Assembly: GCA_905235375.1 (NCBI GenBank)
Contig: CAJOLH010000025.1
Coordinates: 1-32,000 of the forward strand
Direction of reading: 5' to 3'
DNA from: an uncultured Bacteroidales bacterium
Lineage (GTDB): Bacteria; Bacteroidota; Bacteroidia; Bacteroidales; UBA3663
DNA length: 32,000 nt
Made by a program: the position numbers and the translations under genes. The notes below the pieces were generated by a model that saw nothing but the letters and a program-made list of their open reading frames with translations, was not told the DNA's origin and searched no databases. Positions 13,952 through 23,407 of the stretch are shown in pieces (the stretch's first letter is position 1; each line of letters opens with the position of its first letter).

Positions 13952-15172
13952 CTAACCATTCAATATCTCATGCGCCTTGATGCGGGCTTCGGCATCGATG
14001 TCGAAATAATCTTCGAGCGAAGGACTGGCGACGAAAGGCATGGCTGCCAAAGTCTGCTCGTTCACCTCAGCCATCTGAAGGAACTTGCACTGTCCGCGAC
14101 GGAAAGCCTCGTTAGTGACTTCGTTGGCGGCATTAAGCACACAGGTGCGGTCACCACCCGCTGCCAAGGCCTCGAAAGCGAGACGCAGATTGGGGAATCG
14201 CTCCATGTCGGGGCGCTCGAAAGTTAGATGGGCATAATCCTCGATGCGGAGCTTGCCATTGATTTGCGAGGGCATACGGTCGGGGTAGCTGAGGGCGTAA
14301 GCGATGGGGACCTTCATGTCGGGGCAACCCAACTGCGCCTTGATGGCTCCATCGCTGAACTGAACCATAGAATGTACGATTGACTGCGGATGCACAGCCA
14401 CCTCAATCTGGTCGGTGTTCATACCAAAGAGCCAGCGCGCTTCGATAACCTCGAATCCCTTGTTCATCATCGAAGCTGAGTCGATGGTAATCTTGGCTCC
14501 CATATCCCAGTTGGGATGCTTAAGCGCTTGGGCAGCTGTCACGTCGCGCATCTGCTCCATCGTGAAGGTGCGGAACGGGCCACCTGAGGCAGTGATGATG
14601 AGTTTGTCGATAGGATTGTCGAGATAATGCGGCTTCTCGGGGTCGGCATTGTTGTCGGCAAGCCATGGGAAGCAGCCGCGTGCAATGCTCTCGCCCTGCA
14701 GGCATTGGAAGATGGCCGAATGCTCGGAATCGACAGGCAGGATGGGCACCTGATACTCGGCACAGAGTCCCTCGATGAGCTGACCTGCCACGACGAGCGT
14801 CTCCTTGTTGGCGAGAGCCAGCATCTTCTGCGCCTTGATGGCAGCCACGGTAGGGCGCAAGCCCGCAAAGCCGACCATTGCGGTGACAACCATGTCAATG
14901 GGGTCGGCAGTGACCACCTGACAAAGGCTCTCGGAACCAGTCCAAACCTTAATGGGCAGGTCGCTCAATGCCTCACTGACCTTGTCGTAATAGTTCTCAT
15001 CGGCAATGACGACTACATCGGGATGGAACTGACGAGCCTGTTCGATGAGCAGATCGGCCGAACGATTGGCGGTGATGGCATAAACACTAAAAAGATCGGG
15101 ATGCTCGGCACAAACCTCCAATGTCTGCCGTCCGATACTTCCCGTACTGCCAAGGATTGCTATATTACGCAT
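13952..15172 (-). CDS. dxr: 1-deoxy-D-xylulose-5-phosphate reductoisomerase
   Basis: ORF track, 406 aa, ATG start. MRNIAILGSTGSIGRQTLEV is the NADPH-binding motif. dxr-rseP adjacency is conserved. Confidence 0.92.
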   Translation of the reverse strand: MRNIAILGSTGSIGRQTLEVCAEHPDLFSVYAITANRSADLLIEQARQFHPDVVVIADENYYDKVSEALSDLPIKVWTGSESLCQVVTADPIDMVVTAMVGFAGLRPTVAAIKAQKMLALANKETLVVAGQLIEGLCAEYQVPILPVDSEHSAIFQCLQGESIARGCFPWLADNNADPEKPHYLDNPIDKLIITASGGPFRTFTMEQMRDVTAAQALKHPNWDMGAKITIDSASMMNKGFEVIEARWLFGMNTDQIEVAVHPQSIVHSMVQFSDGAIKAQLGCPDMKVPIAYALSYPDRMPSQINGKLRIEDYAHLTFERPDMERFPNLRLAFEALAAGGDRTCVLNAANEVTNEAFRRGQCKFLQMAEVNEQTLAAMPFVASPSLEDYFDIDAEARIKAHEILNG

Positions 15173-15203
15173 AATCTTGTTTCTGTTGCTTCATTTGAGG
15201 GTG

Positions 15204-15211
15204 CAAAAATA
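15204..15211 (-). promoter_or_regulatory. candidate -7 promoter box of dxr
   Basis: Minus-strand TATTTTTGcac (plus caaaaata), 31 nt upstream of ATG 15172. Confidence 0.4.
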
Positions 15212-15307
15212 ATAAATATTTTTGATATTTCCGCACTTATTCAGGAAAATTATAACTCAGAGACCCATTTTTTCATATTTTTATTTGTTCCGATAACGAA
15301 AAAACTC

Positions 15308-15315
15308 TATCTTTG
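15308..15315 (+). promoter_or_regulatory. candidate -7 promoter box of ispD (leaderless-type spacing)
   Basis: TATCTTTGcagtATG: the box ends 4 nt before the ATG at 15320. Confidence 0.55.
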
Positions 15316-15319
15316 CAGT

Positions 15320-16003
15320 ATGAACGTAGCAGTTTTATTGGCAGGTGGCAGTGGCCGCCGCATGGGAGGTCCGGAACCCAAGCAATTCATCCAAATAGCC
15401 GGACGCAGTATCCTCGAACACTCAATCCGCGCCTTCCACGAGCACGAAGGCATCGACGAGATTGTTGTAGTGGCTCATGCCGACTACATCGACCGCATAC
15501 GTGGGATTGCCGCACCCTACGAGAAGGTCAAGCACATCGTTCCAGGCGGCAAAGAACGCTATGACTCATCGTTGGCGGCTATCGCTTGTTACAAGGGACA
15601 AATGAGCGTGAACCTTCTGATTCATGACGCTGTGCGCCCGCTCGTTTCAACGCGTATCATCAGCGACTGCATCGAAGCGCTCAAGACGTATAAGGCCGTC
15701 GATGTTGCCATCCCTTGCACCGATACCATCGTGGAGGTCAATGCCGAAGGTGCCATCTGCCGCATCACCCCGCGTTCGATGTTGCGCAACGTGCAGACGC
15801 CACAATGCTTCCGACTGGAGACCATTGCCAAAGCATACGAAATCGGGCTCAAGGATCCAACATTCGTCACTTCGGACGATTGCGGTGTCGTCTTCCGATA
15901 TCTGCCCGACGAGCCCATCTACGTGGTAGCCGGCGAAACGACGAACATCAAGGTCACCTATCCCGAAGACCTCATCCTTGCCGAGAAGATCCTCAAACAG
16001 TGA
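15320..16003 (+). CDS. ispD: 2-C-methyl-D-erythritol 4-phosphate cytidylyltransferase
   Basis: The ORF track lists 14627..16003, but its first 231 codons are antisense to dxr. The in-frame ATG at 15320 gives MNVAVLLAGGSGRRMG...KQF (IspD N-terminal signature), 227 aa, with a promoter box directly upstream. Confidence 0.9.
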   Translation: MNVAVLLAGGSGRRMGGPEPKQFIQIAGRSILEHSIRAFHEHEGIDEIVVVAHADYIDRIRGIAAPYEKVKHIVPGGKERYDSSLAAIACYKGQMSVNLLIHDAVRPLVSTRIISDCIEALKTYKAVDVAIPCTDTIVEVNAEGAICRITPRSMLRNVQTPQCFRLETIAKAYEIGLKDPTFVTSDDCGVVFRYLPDEPIYVVAGETTNIKVTYPEDLILAEKILKQ

Positions 16004-16130
16004 ACTTTGTTTTTAATTCCTAAAACACACGAAAAGGCGAAAAAGACGAAAATTTTTCGTAGGTTTCGGTTTTTTCGGACCTTTTCGGAATAAAAGACTA
16101 TTGAATTTTCGGAATCATATCTCACAAAAC

Positions 16131-16189
16131 AGCGAATTATAGAATTTCGGTTTGTCTCAATGGTGGACATCCCAATTCTATAATTCGCT
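16131..16189. terminator. perfect 16-bp stem hairpin between convergent ispD and the deacetylase gene (possible bidirectional terminator)
   Basis: AGCGAATTATAGAATT (16131..16146) pairs with AATTCTATAATTCGCT (16174..16189), with a 27-nt loop. The stem is A+T-rich and the flanking T-runs are weak, so terminator function is uncertain. Confidence 0.4.
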
Positions 16190-16219
16190 AATTTGTTATA
16201 TAGAGTTTGTTGAGTCAGG

Positions 16220-16831
16220 TCAGAGCGTGCGGAACTGATAGCCCTGCCCTATCAGGTATTCGATGGAGGCAGGAAGAGCCTCCTGAATATTGCGCCACGA
16301 CTTGGGCTGGTCATGAAATGTGATGATAGAGCCATTGCGCACATACTTTTTCACATTGTTGATGACATCCTGCGCATTGAGGCGACTGGAATAGTCGCGC
16401 GACACAAGATCCCACATGATGATTCGATATTTCTTCTGGAGCAACGATGCCTGACCGAAGCGCAGCCAGCCGTGAGGTGGACGGAACAGATCGGACTGAA
16501 TCAGGACATTGGCCTTCTCGACATTGGCAAGATAAGCCTTCGATTCGTAAGTCAACGCAGAAATATGGTTCATCGTATGGTTGCCCAGACGATGACCGGC
16601 AGCCTTAACCTGCTCGAAGACGGCGCGATAGCGCGCCACGTTTTCGCCGACGCAGAAGAATGTGGCTTTGATTCCATATCGTGCGAGCACATCCAACACC
16701 CAAGGGGTTACCTGGGGTGTAGGACCGTCATCGAATGTCAGATAAACACTTTTTGGCTGCGATGGGATGCGCCAAAAGCTGTCCTGAAACATCAAACGAC
16801 GAAACCATGTGGGTGGTTGCTCGATGAACAC
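16220..16831 (-). CDS. polysaccharide deacetylase family protein (NodB/CE4-type)
   Basis: ORF track, 203 aa. VYLTFDDGP ... FFCVG ... GNHTMNH are NodB-domain motifs. The listed start is GTG (plus cac at 16829..16831), 9 nt after the upstream stop. An in-frame ATG at 16792 is an alternative start. Confidence 0.8.
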   Translation of the reverse strand: MFIEQPPTWFRRLMFQDSFWRIPSQPKSVYLTFDDGPTPQVTPWVLDVLARYGIKATFFCVGENVARYRAVFEQVKAAGHRLGNHTMNHISALTYESKAYLANVEKANVLIQSDLFRPPHGWLRFGQASLLQKKYRIIMWDLVSRDYSSRLNAQDVINNVKKYVRNGSIITFHDQPKSWRNIQEALPASIEYLIGQGYQFRTL

Positions 16832-16840
16832 GCTTGAGGT

Positions 16841-19800
16841 TTACTTAAGCAACTTGTACTTGTCGTAGGCAAGGTCGAAGTAACGACGGAACTTGTCGGC
16901 ATACTCCTCGTCGAACTGATGATCGCCGGCATCCTGTGCCATCTGGAGAGCATCGCGCATGGTGAGCAGATGCTCGCGGATGGTACGGTTCACACCCAGT
17001 ATTGACGCTTTGTCAAGACGGAATACCCACTGCAGGTAATCCTCGTTCTGCGCCAGAATGTCGCCTACGATACGACTGCCTTCCTCGGGCTTGTCGCAGA
17101 GATAATAAGTCTGTGCGAGGGTCAGGGCGGTATAGTCGTAAGGAACGTTAACCGACGGAATGGTCTTGTCGCAATACTCGGTAGCTGCAAGGGCACGAAC
17201 GGTGTCGCCCTGATCGAGAAGCTCGTCTATCATGGTGACAAACATCATACGCTGGGTGCGGCACATACGGCGATTGTTCTCATCAAGATAGACGGAAGGA
17301 TCCTGGATATTGCCCCAGACAAACTTGTTCATCATGTTGTCATAGGTCTTGTCAATATCGCAGGAACTGGTTCCACCATTCTCAAGAGGCACAATCTGAT
17401 AGGCCAGACCCACAAGGCGGAAGTAACGATTGAGCGAGAGATACATCTCCGATCCTACAGTGGTTGCGAAGTAGATGGGACGCTTCCAGCCATCGCGGGC
17501 TATATTGTCGATCATCGACAACATGGCAATCTCGTTCTTGGTGATGTAGTTCTTGTTCGACAGATCGATATGCATACGACGTGAGATCAGGCTCTTGTCG
17601 GGAGTATCGATGACAGGAGAATTAGCGACGGCAGCCGAGTCGATGTTGATATACATCTTGCGGGCCGGAACGATAGGCACATTGTCATACTTCCGCAGCT
17701 TGTCCTTATAGAGCTGATCCATGACGGCGGCAAAGGATGCTTCCTTGCCATCGGTCTCATCGTTCACATACGCATAGTTGAGCAAGTCGGCTACATACTG
17801 CGAGGGAGTGAACGAGATGGGCAGAGGTTCGGACTCGTAGGCCTGCGATTTCATCTGGTTGATGTACCAATCGGTTTGCAGATACGAGAGGTTGCAGACG
17901 CGAACGTCGGTACGATAGCCCTCGACCTCCTGGTTGTACCACAACGGGAAGGTATCATTATCGCCATTGGTGAAAATGATAGCGTTAGGCTCAAGGGAAG
18001 TGAGGTAGTTCTTGCCGAAGTCGCGAGCAGTGAATCGGCCCGAGCGGTCGTGGTCATCCCAGTTCTGGCCTACCATCTGGAAAGGCACGCCAAGACAAAT
18101 CACGCCAATGAGGGCTGCGAAGACCACGTTCTGCTTCTTGGTCAGATGCTCGACGATGGCGACAAGACCTGCCACACCCATACCGACCCAGATGGAGAAG
18201 GCATAGAACGAACCCGCATAGGCATAGTCACGTTCACGAGGCTGATAAGGAGTCTGGTTGAGGTAGAGCACGATGGCAAGACCCGTCATGAAGAAGAGGA
18301 AGAATACCACCCAAAAGCCCTGGATGCCCTTCTGACCTGAGAATGCCTGCCAAAGCAGACCTATCAGACCCAAAAGAAGCGGCAACATATAATAGACGTT
18401 GTGGCCCTTATTTTCGGTGATGGATGCAGGCATATTATCCTGATCGCCTACAAGTATCTCGTCAATGAACTTGATGCCGGTGATCCAGTTGCCACGGTCA
18501 ATCTCGCCAACACTCTGCACATCGCTCTGACGACCCGAGAAGTTCCACAGGAAGTAACGCCAGTACATGAAGTTGACCTGATAGCTCAGGAAATACTGCA
18601 AGTTTTCGGCAAAAGTGGGAACGGTGATGGTCTTGCCATCGACACGAATCTTCTGCCCCTTGAAGTTGCTCCACTGCTTGTAACCCTCGACATGATTGCC
18701 CTGCTTGGAATACATACGCGGGAAGATTGTCGTGTAATTGTACTCGTAAGTCTCCTTGTGTCCGCTTACGAAATACTCGTCGGGATCGTCGGGGCTGGTC
18801 TTGACAACCTTGGCGTAGATGGGAGATCCCTTCTTGACGATAGGCGCCCCGCTTGAGTCGCGCTTCACGTCGCTTGCAAAGGTCTGCCCGATGAAGAGCG
18901 GGTTCTCGCCATACTGCTCGCGGTTCAGGTACTTGGTGAACGAGAACAGCTCGTCGGGAGAGTTCTGATCCATAGGCAACTGAGCCGACGAACGGATGAT
19001 GATCTGTGCAAAAGTGGAGTAACCGATGAGGATGGTCAGCAAGCACATCAGGATGTTGCTGGCAATACGAGCATTCAGCTTCTTCCATGCGAAAATGCCA
19101 ATGACAAAAGCGATAGAAAGAACGATTCCGAGGAACCAGCCGTCGCCAATGAAAGGCATACCGCAAAGCACTATGCCGGCTGCCAACAGGATGCGCAAGG
19201 TCCGATCAGGGGTATCCTTCTTATAGCTCTTCCATACGCCGTAAGCCAGAAGTGCCAGGACAAAGAAGAAGTAGAAGACGGTGCCGGTGTTGAATGGGAA
19301 ACCGAGGACATTGACCGCAAAAAGCTCGATCCTGCCAGCAAGCTTGATGAAACCGGGGATCATGCCATACAGGATGAACGCAATGATGAAGACCGAAAGG
19401 ATCAGTGCGCCCAAGGTTCCCTTCAGTTCGGCATTAGGCTTCTTCTTGAAGTAATAGACCAACACAATGGCTGGGATGCAGAGGAGGTTCAAGAGGTGTA
19501 CGCCGATGGAGAGACCGATGATATATGCCAGCAAAATGATGTAGCGGTCGCCCTCGACACCAGCACTCCGCCCCTCCCACTTGAGGATGAGCCAGAACAC
19601 CAGCGCCGTCATGAACGACGAGAAGGCATAGACCTCTGCCTCGACAGCCGAGAACCAGAATGTATCAGACCATGTGTAAACCAATGCACCTACCATGCCG
19701 GAGAGAAGGATGGTGATGGCCTGGCTCCAGGTCATGTCGTTAGCGGACTTGTTGTTGCGGCAAACGACCTTCTTAGTGAGGGCCGTGATGGTCCAGAACA

Positions 19801-20083
19801 AGAAGAGGATAGCACCTGCCGAGAAGAGTGCCGACATACGATTGACCCAAAGACCTGCCTGTGCCATATCGCCGCCTGCAAAGTTTACGAAGAATCGTCC
19901 GGTAAGATTGAAAAAAGTATTTCCAGGAGGGTGACCCACCTCGCCCTTCGCGGCACAGGTGATGAACTCCGGACAATCCCAGAAGGATGCAGTGGGCTCC
20001 ACCGTATTGAGATAGGTGAATGCTGCCACCACAAAAGCAATCCATCCGAAGATGTTGTTAAGCAACTTGTATTGCTTGATCAT
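16841..20083 (-). CDS. large polytopic membrane protein, DUF2723-type (GT-C-like glycosyltransferase fold suspected)
   Basis: ORF track, 1080 aa, ATG start. The N-terminal TASFWDCPEFITCAAKGEVGHPPG motif and many hydrophobic segments are followed by a large soluble C-terminal part. Family recalled from memory. Confidence 0.8.
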   Translation of the reverse strand: MIKQYKLLNNIFGWIAFVVAAFTYLNTVEPTASFWDCPEFITCAAKGEVGHPPGNTFFNLTGRFFVNFAGGDMAQAGLWVNRMSALFSAGAILFLFWTITALTKKVVCRNNKSANDMTWSQAITILLSGMVGALVYTWSDTFWFSAVEAEVYAFSSFMTALVFWLILKWEGRSAGVEGDRYIILLAYIIGLSIGVHLLNLLCIPAIVLVYYFKKKPNAELKGTLGALILSVFIIAFILYGMIPGFIKLAGRIELFAVNVLGFPFNTGTVFYFFFVLALLAYGVWKSYKKDTPDRTLRILLAAGIVLCGMPFIGDGWFLGIVLSIAFVIGIFAWKKLNARIASNILMCLLTILIGYSTFAQIIIRSSAQLPMDQNSPDELFSFTKYLNREQYGENPLFIGQTFASDVKRDSSGAPIVKKGSPIYAKVVKTSPDDPDEYFVSGHKETYEYNYTTIFPRMYSKQGNHVEGYKQWSNFKGQKIRVDGKTITVPTFAENLQYFLSYQVNFMYWRYFLWNFSGRQSDVQSVGEIDRGNWITGIKFIDEILVGDQDNMPASITENKGHNVYYMLPLLLGLIGLLWQAFSGQKGIQGFWVVFFLFFMTGLAIVLYLNQTPYQPRERDYAYAGSFYAFSIWVGMGVAGLVAIVEHLTKKQNVVFAALIGVICLGVPFQMVGQNWDDHDRSGRFTARDFGKNYLTSLEPNAIIFTNGDNDTFPLWYNQEVEGYRTDVRVCNLSYLQTDWYINQMKSQAYESEPLPISFTPSQYVADLLNYAYVNDETDGKEASFAAVMDQLYKDKLRKYDNVPIVPARKMYINIDSAAVANSPVIDTPDKSLISRRMHIDLSNKNYITKNEIAMLSMIDNIARDGWKRPIYFATTVGSEMYLSLNRYFRLVGLAYQIVPLENGGTSSCDIDKTYDNMMNKFVWGNIQDPSVYLDENNRRMCRTQRMMFVTMIDELLDQGDTVRALAATEYCDKTIPSVNVPYDYTALTLAQTYYLCDKPEEGSRIVGDILAQNEDYLQWVFRLDKASILGVNRTIREHLLTMRDALQMAQDAGDHQFDEEYADKFRRYFDLAYDKYKLLK

Positions 20084-20122
20084 GATAGTTTAAAATTTGG
20101 TTGATGTTATATAATTTGGGCG

Positions 20123-20130
20123 CAAATTTA
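20123..20130 (-). promoter_or_regulatory. candidate -7 promoter box of the DUF2723-type gene
   Basis: Minus-strand TAAATTTGcgc (plus caaattta), 39 nt upstream of ATG 20083. Confidence 0.4.
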
Positions 20131-20243
20131 CTCAAAAAACATCAAAAACCCAAATTTTGAGCGTTTCAATTATGTTTTTTAAGCAATCCGCAGCCCATTT
20201 TTTACATTCTTACAGTTTCACTTAACATTTATCCGACAAATTA

Positions 20244-23200
20244 TTACCGCTCCAAGGTAATTGCCATCAATCCAATGACTACGTCATTCGAGAGCGTGGA
20301 GAGGGTGAAACCCGTGAGTTTCCGGCTCGGATCGAGAGGCATCTTGAGAAGCTGCGCCGCTCCATCGGGGATGCTCAAGCCCTTGGCTATCGGCGTATCG
20401 GCCTCGAAGTCGGTGACGTGCACGTTGACAGCACCATTGTCCTCACCGGAATTCTGCAAATCCTGCTTAAGGCTGCGCGACACCTTGCCGCTACCCAGAT
20501 GCACGCGATAAGGATGCTGATTCGTGCTCCAGAAGGCATGGTTGTCGTAATAATAATCCTGCTCGATGGGGCACCAGTTATACGGATTGATGAGTTGAAG
20601 CGTATCGGCCCTTCCGTCCTCATAGCTCGCTATGACAAGCCCATTGGCAATGCGACTCTGCATATTGTTGGTACTGCCCGCAAGAAGCAGATAAGCGCAG
20701 GAGAAACCTGATTCCACCGCCAAGGCTCCCGATGGGATGGCAAGGTGTTCGTCGGCGACAGGTACTGTGACGCTATTGGGGTAGTTATCCCAAAGCGAAG
20801 TGTAGAGGATGTTTCTGCCTTCCTTAGGCAAATGGAATCGGAGGCCACCGATGCCTGTATCATAGAAATCATCATCGGAAATAGCGCGACGAAGCCCATC
20901 GTCCTCAATGGCAGCCGTCATCAACGGCACACACCAGTCGCCCATGCCCTGAGAGGGAATCTCCAAAGTAGTGTAAGGCGAACGCGGAGAGAGATACTGC
21001 TGGCGATAGATGTCGTCAACCGATGCATTATAATAAGCGTACAGCCTAAGGTAGGCATGGCGACTTGACGCGCCAAGTGTGACCTCGTCCAAGCCAAGGG
21101 CGGTCTCATCGAGCGCGGGACGATAGGGCTTGGCTGCCGGCTGATCATGTGCAGGCACAGCACTGGAAGGCACAGTGATTCGCTGTGTCACCTCGCGATT
21201 GCCATCCACTTCCATAAATCGGCCATCGCCCAAAGGCAAGCGCACGATAACCTGCAGTGCCTGGGGGAAATGCTGCTCTATGTCGTAGATATCCTCGCCA
21301 TTCTCACGATGGAACCGATAACTGAAATAAGGAGTCTTGACGTTGGCATAATCCCACTCAGGTGGGAATCCCGGCTGCAGATAACAGCGTCCATAAAGCG
21401 CATCGGGCCGAATGCCGAACAATCCCTGCATGATGGCGCGTGACGTGATGCCCACATTATCTCCGAAGTCACGATATGCTTCCTTGAGCGCCTTGTCGTA
21501 GTAGCTGATCTGACCGAAGTTGCCGGGGCAGGCACCAGCGCACATCTCATCGAGCAGGTCGCTGTAGAGCAACCTGTAGCCCATCTCGCGCCGACCTGCA
21601 ATGAAATAGGCCAATGCCATATTGGCCACCTCTTCGTGAGCCACATTGTTGGTGCTCCATGCGTAGGGCATCCAGTCGGATGTGCTGATGGTAAACAAAT
21701 CCTCACTTGGAATCGAAGACAGAGGACAGGAAACATTCAACGGAATATGCGGAATGCAGGCATCCACCCATCTTGTCGCCTGATAAGCCTGTTCGGGAGA
21801 GCAGGCACCGCAATCGATGGGCGTGTAGATGCTCCAAATGGCAGGTTTGTCGTGTACGCGCTTCAAGCCCATGAAATCCTGGAATTCCGCCCAATGTCCA
21901 TCGACTTCATTATTGGCAGGCAACCAAAGGCGACGATTCATGGCTTCGAGTATTGCTTCAGCCTCCTGACGATAAGGTGTCGGATCCTCCCCTATCAATT
22001 CGGCAATGCGAGCAATCAGAAGATTACCGCGATAGTTATAGGCCGACGCATGAGTCACTGCTCCGCTGTTGTAGTAGAGGGCATCGCTGGCCCAGATGCA
22101 GCAATAGCCATCGTAGAGATGGTCTCCATCAGGATCCCAGTTGCGCTTTTCCCATTCAAGGTGCAGTTTCAATGTAGGCCAGAACTCCCGCATAAGTGCA
22201 GTATCCGCATCGTACTGGAAATGCCAGAGCAGTTCGTCGATATAGTTGAGATTCATGTCGTAATGGCTCATCTTACGGTCATCATTGGGCAGTTTGCAGA
22301 TGTAACCGTTGCTATACATGGGTGTACCCCACTTCTCAGCTGAACGGGCGAGGTTCTTGGTCGTATCCTGGGCAGGATGTGGGTAGATGGGCTCGATGTC
22401 GCGCACCATACTTCGGGCGTATGCACGGAAGTGACTGAGCTGGCGATCGAACCATCCCGTCACATCGCCCACGTAACCTCCGCGCCAGCCGGCAAGTGGT
22501 GTGCGCCATCCGATACAACCATGCAGCCACGTCTCCCCATCCCACAGGCCATCGGCAGCAGCCATCAAGGTGGGACCAAGGGTGTTGATCAAGGGGTCGG
22601 GTGTCTCAAATCCCAACTGCCCGACCAATTGCTCATGGAACGCATCCTCCTCCTGCATACGTTGCGCACCGTCTTGGGGAAGAAGCACAACAAGATGATC
22701 ATTATCCACAAGGCGCAGATAAGTGATTCCAGCCGCATCCCACTCCAACTGCTGACGCTGAGATTCGGGACAATCTGCCAACGCTTCAAAATTTTCGCGC
22801 GGGTCGGTACCCAAATCGCCATTGCGTTTCATCTTCGTCTGAGCTATGGGACGACGCAAGGCAAGCAGCCGCAATGTCTTCCTTTTGCCCAAGACACGCT
22901 TGGGGAACCCCTTGGTCTCGAACTGCCAGAGGGCATTGTTGCCCTCCTGCTCGGCAATGGCCTTCACGTGGAGTTCTCCACCGAGCCAAGATTCATCACT
23001 AACGATATACTCCCGCTTGCCACCTTCGTAATAAGAGCGGCAATAGGATGTGGAGTCTAGCGCATAAAGGCGATCACCGACCTGAATGTGCAGTTGGATA
23101 TTCCATGCCTTCCCCTTGTCGTAGGTGGCAAATAGAGGGCGGTCGCTGGTTTCGAGCCGCCAGTTGGCATGAGAACCATAAAGTGCACGAGAATAGCGAT

Positions 23201-23321
23201 TCGTTCCGTTTACACGAACAAAACCACGCCCCTCGGGAAGATATTGCAAATCACGATGGCCTGCTGCGACTGCTGTAACCGTCAGCATCAGAAAAAGAAT
23301 GTAAAATAGTGTGCGTTTCAT
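20244..23321 (-). CDS. large secreted protein, probably glycoside-hydrolase-like; family not assigned
   Basis: The ORF track lists 20244..23531. That start would overlap the divergent murI coding region. The internal ATG at 23321 gives MKRTLFYILFLMLTVTAVAA (signal peptide) and has a -7 box 4 nt upstream. The W/Y/D-rich central region (e.g. DGDHLYDGYCCIWASDALYYNSGAVTHASAYNY) resembles (alpha/alpha)6-type glycosidases, but I cannot name a family. The coding call is strong; the function is weak. Confidence 0.6.
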   Translation of the reverse strand: MKRTLFYILFLMLTVTAVAAGHRDLQYLPEGRGFVRVNGTNRYSRALYGSHANWRLETSDRPLFATYDKGKAWNIQLHIQVGDRLYALDSTSYCRSYYEGGKREYIVSDESWLGGELHVKAIAEQEGNNALWQFETKGFPKRVLGKRKTLRLLALRRPIAQTKMKRNGDLGTDPRENFEALADCPESQRQQLEWDAAGITYLRLVDNDHLVVLLPQDGAQRMQEEDAFHEQLVGQLGFETPDPLINTLGPTLMAAADGLWDGETWLHGCIGWRTPLAGWRGGYVGDVTGWFDRQLSHFRAYARSMVRDIEPIYPHPAQDTTKNLARSAEKWGTPMYSNGYICKLPNDDRKMSHYDMNLNYIDELLWHFQYDADTALMREFWPTLKLHLEWEKRNWDPDGDHLYDGYCCIWASDALYYNSGAVTHASAYNYRGNLLIARIAELIGEDPTPYRQEAEAILEAMNRRLWLPANNEVDGHWAEFQDFMGLKRVHDKPAIWSIYTPIDCGACSPEQAYQATRWVDACIPHIPLNVSCPLSSIPSEDLFTISTSDWMPYAWSTNNVAHEEVANMALAYFIAGRREMGYRLLYSDLLDEMCAGACPGNFGQISYYDKALKEAYRDFGDNVGITSRAIMQGLFGIRPDALYGRCYLQPGFPPEWDYANVKTPYFSYRFHRENGEDIYDIEQHFPQALQVIVRLPLGDGRFMEVDGNREVTQRITVPSSAVPAHDQPAAKPYRPALDETALGLDEVTLGASSRHAYLRLYAYYNASVDDIYRQQYLSPRSPYTTLEIPSQGMGDWCVPLMTAAIEDDGLRRAISDDDFYDTGIGGLRFHLPKEGRNILYTSLWDNYPNSVTVPVADEHLAIPSGALAVESGFSCAYLLLAGSTNNMQSRIANGLVIASYEDGRADTLQLINPYNWCPIEQDYYYDNHAFWSTNQHPYRVHLGSGKVSRSLKQDLQNSGEDNGAVNVHVTDFEADTPIAKGLSIPDGAAQLLKMPLDPSRKLTGFTLSTLSNDVVIGLMAITLER

Positions 23322-23325
23322 GGGG

Positions 23326-23333
23326 CAAAGATA
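23326..23333 (-). promoter_or_regulatory. candidate -7 promoter box of the 20244..23321 gene (leaderless-type spacing)
   Basis: The minus strand reads TATCTTTGccccATG: the box ends 4 nt before ATG 23321. Confidence 0.5.
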
Positions 23334-23395
23334 AATAATATTTGGTGAAAAACAAAATTTTGCATATATTTTTTGTGCAATTGGAGAAAAAGCCT

Positions 23396-23403
23396 TATAT
23401 TTG
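23396..23403 (+). promoter_or_regulatory. candidate -7 promoter box of murI (leaderless-type spacing)
   Basis: TATATTTGcagcATG: the box ends 4 nt before ATG 23408. Confidence 0.55.
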
Positions 23404-23407
23404 CAGC

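Noticed and set aside
14627-15319. Long N-terminal extension of the ispD ORF (14627..16003, 458 aa)
   Set aside because: The first 231 codons are antisense to dxr. The IspD signature begins at the ATG at 15320, which also has a -7 box 4 nt upstream.
17757-23278. Many ORFs of 60-235 aa overlapping the DUF2723-type and glycosidase-like genes (e.g. 17876..18340, 18498..19166, 19496..20104, 21636..22343, 22377..23060)
   Set aside because: All are nested in or antisense to two very long uninterrupted ORFs with a coherent membrane topology or signal peptide. Their sequences are Arg/Ser/Pro-rich, as is typical of off-frame translation.
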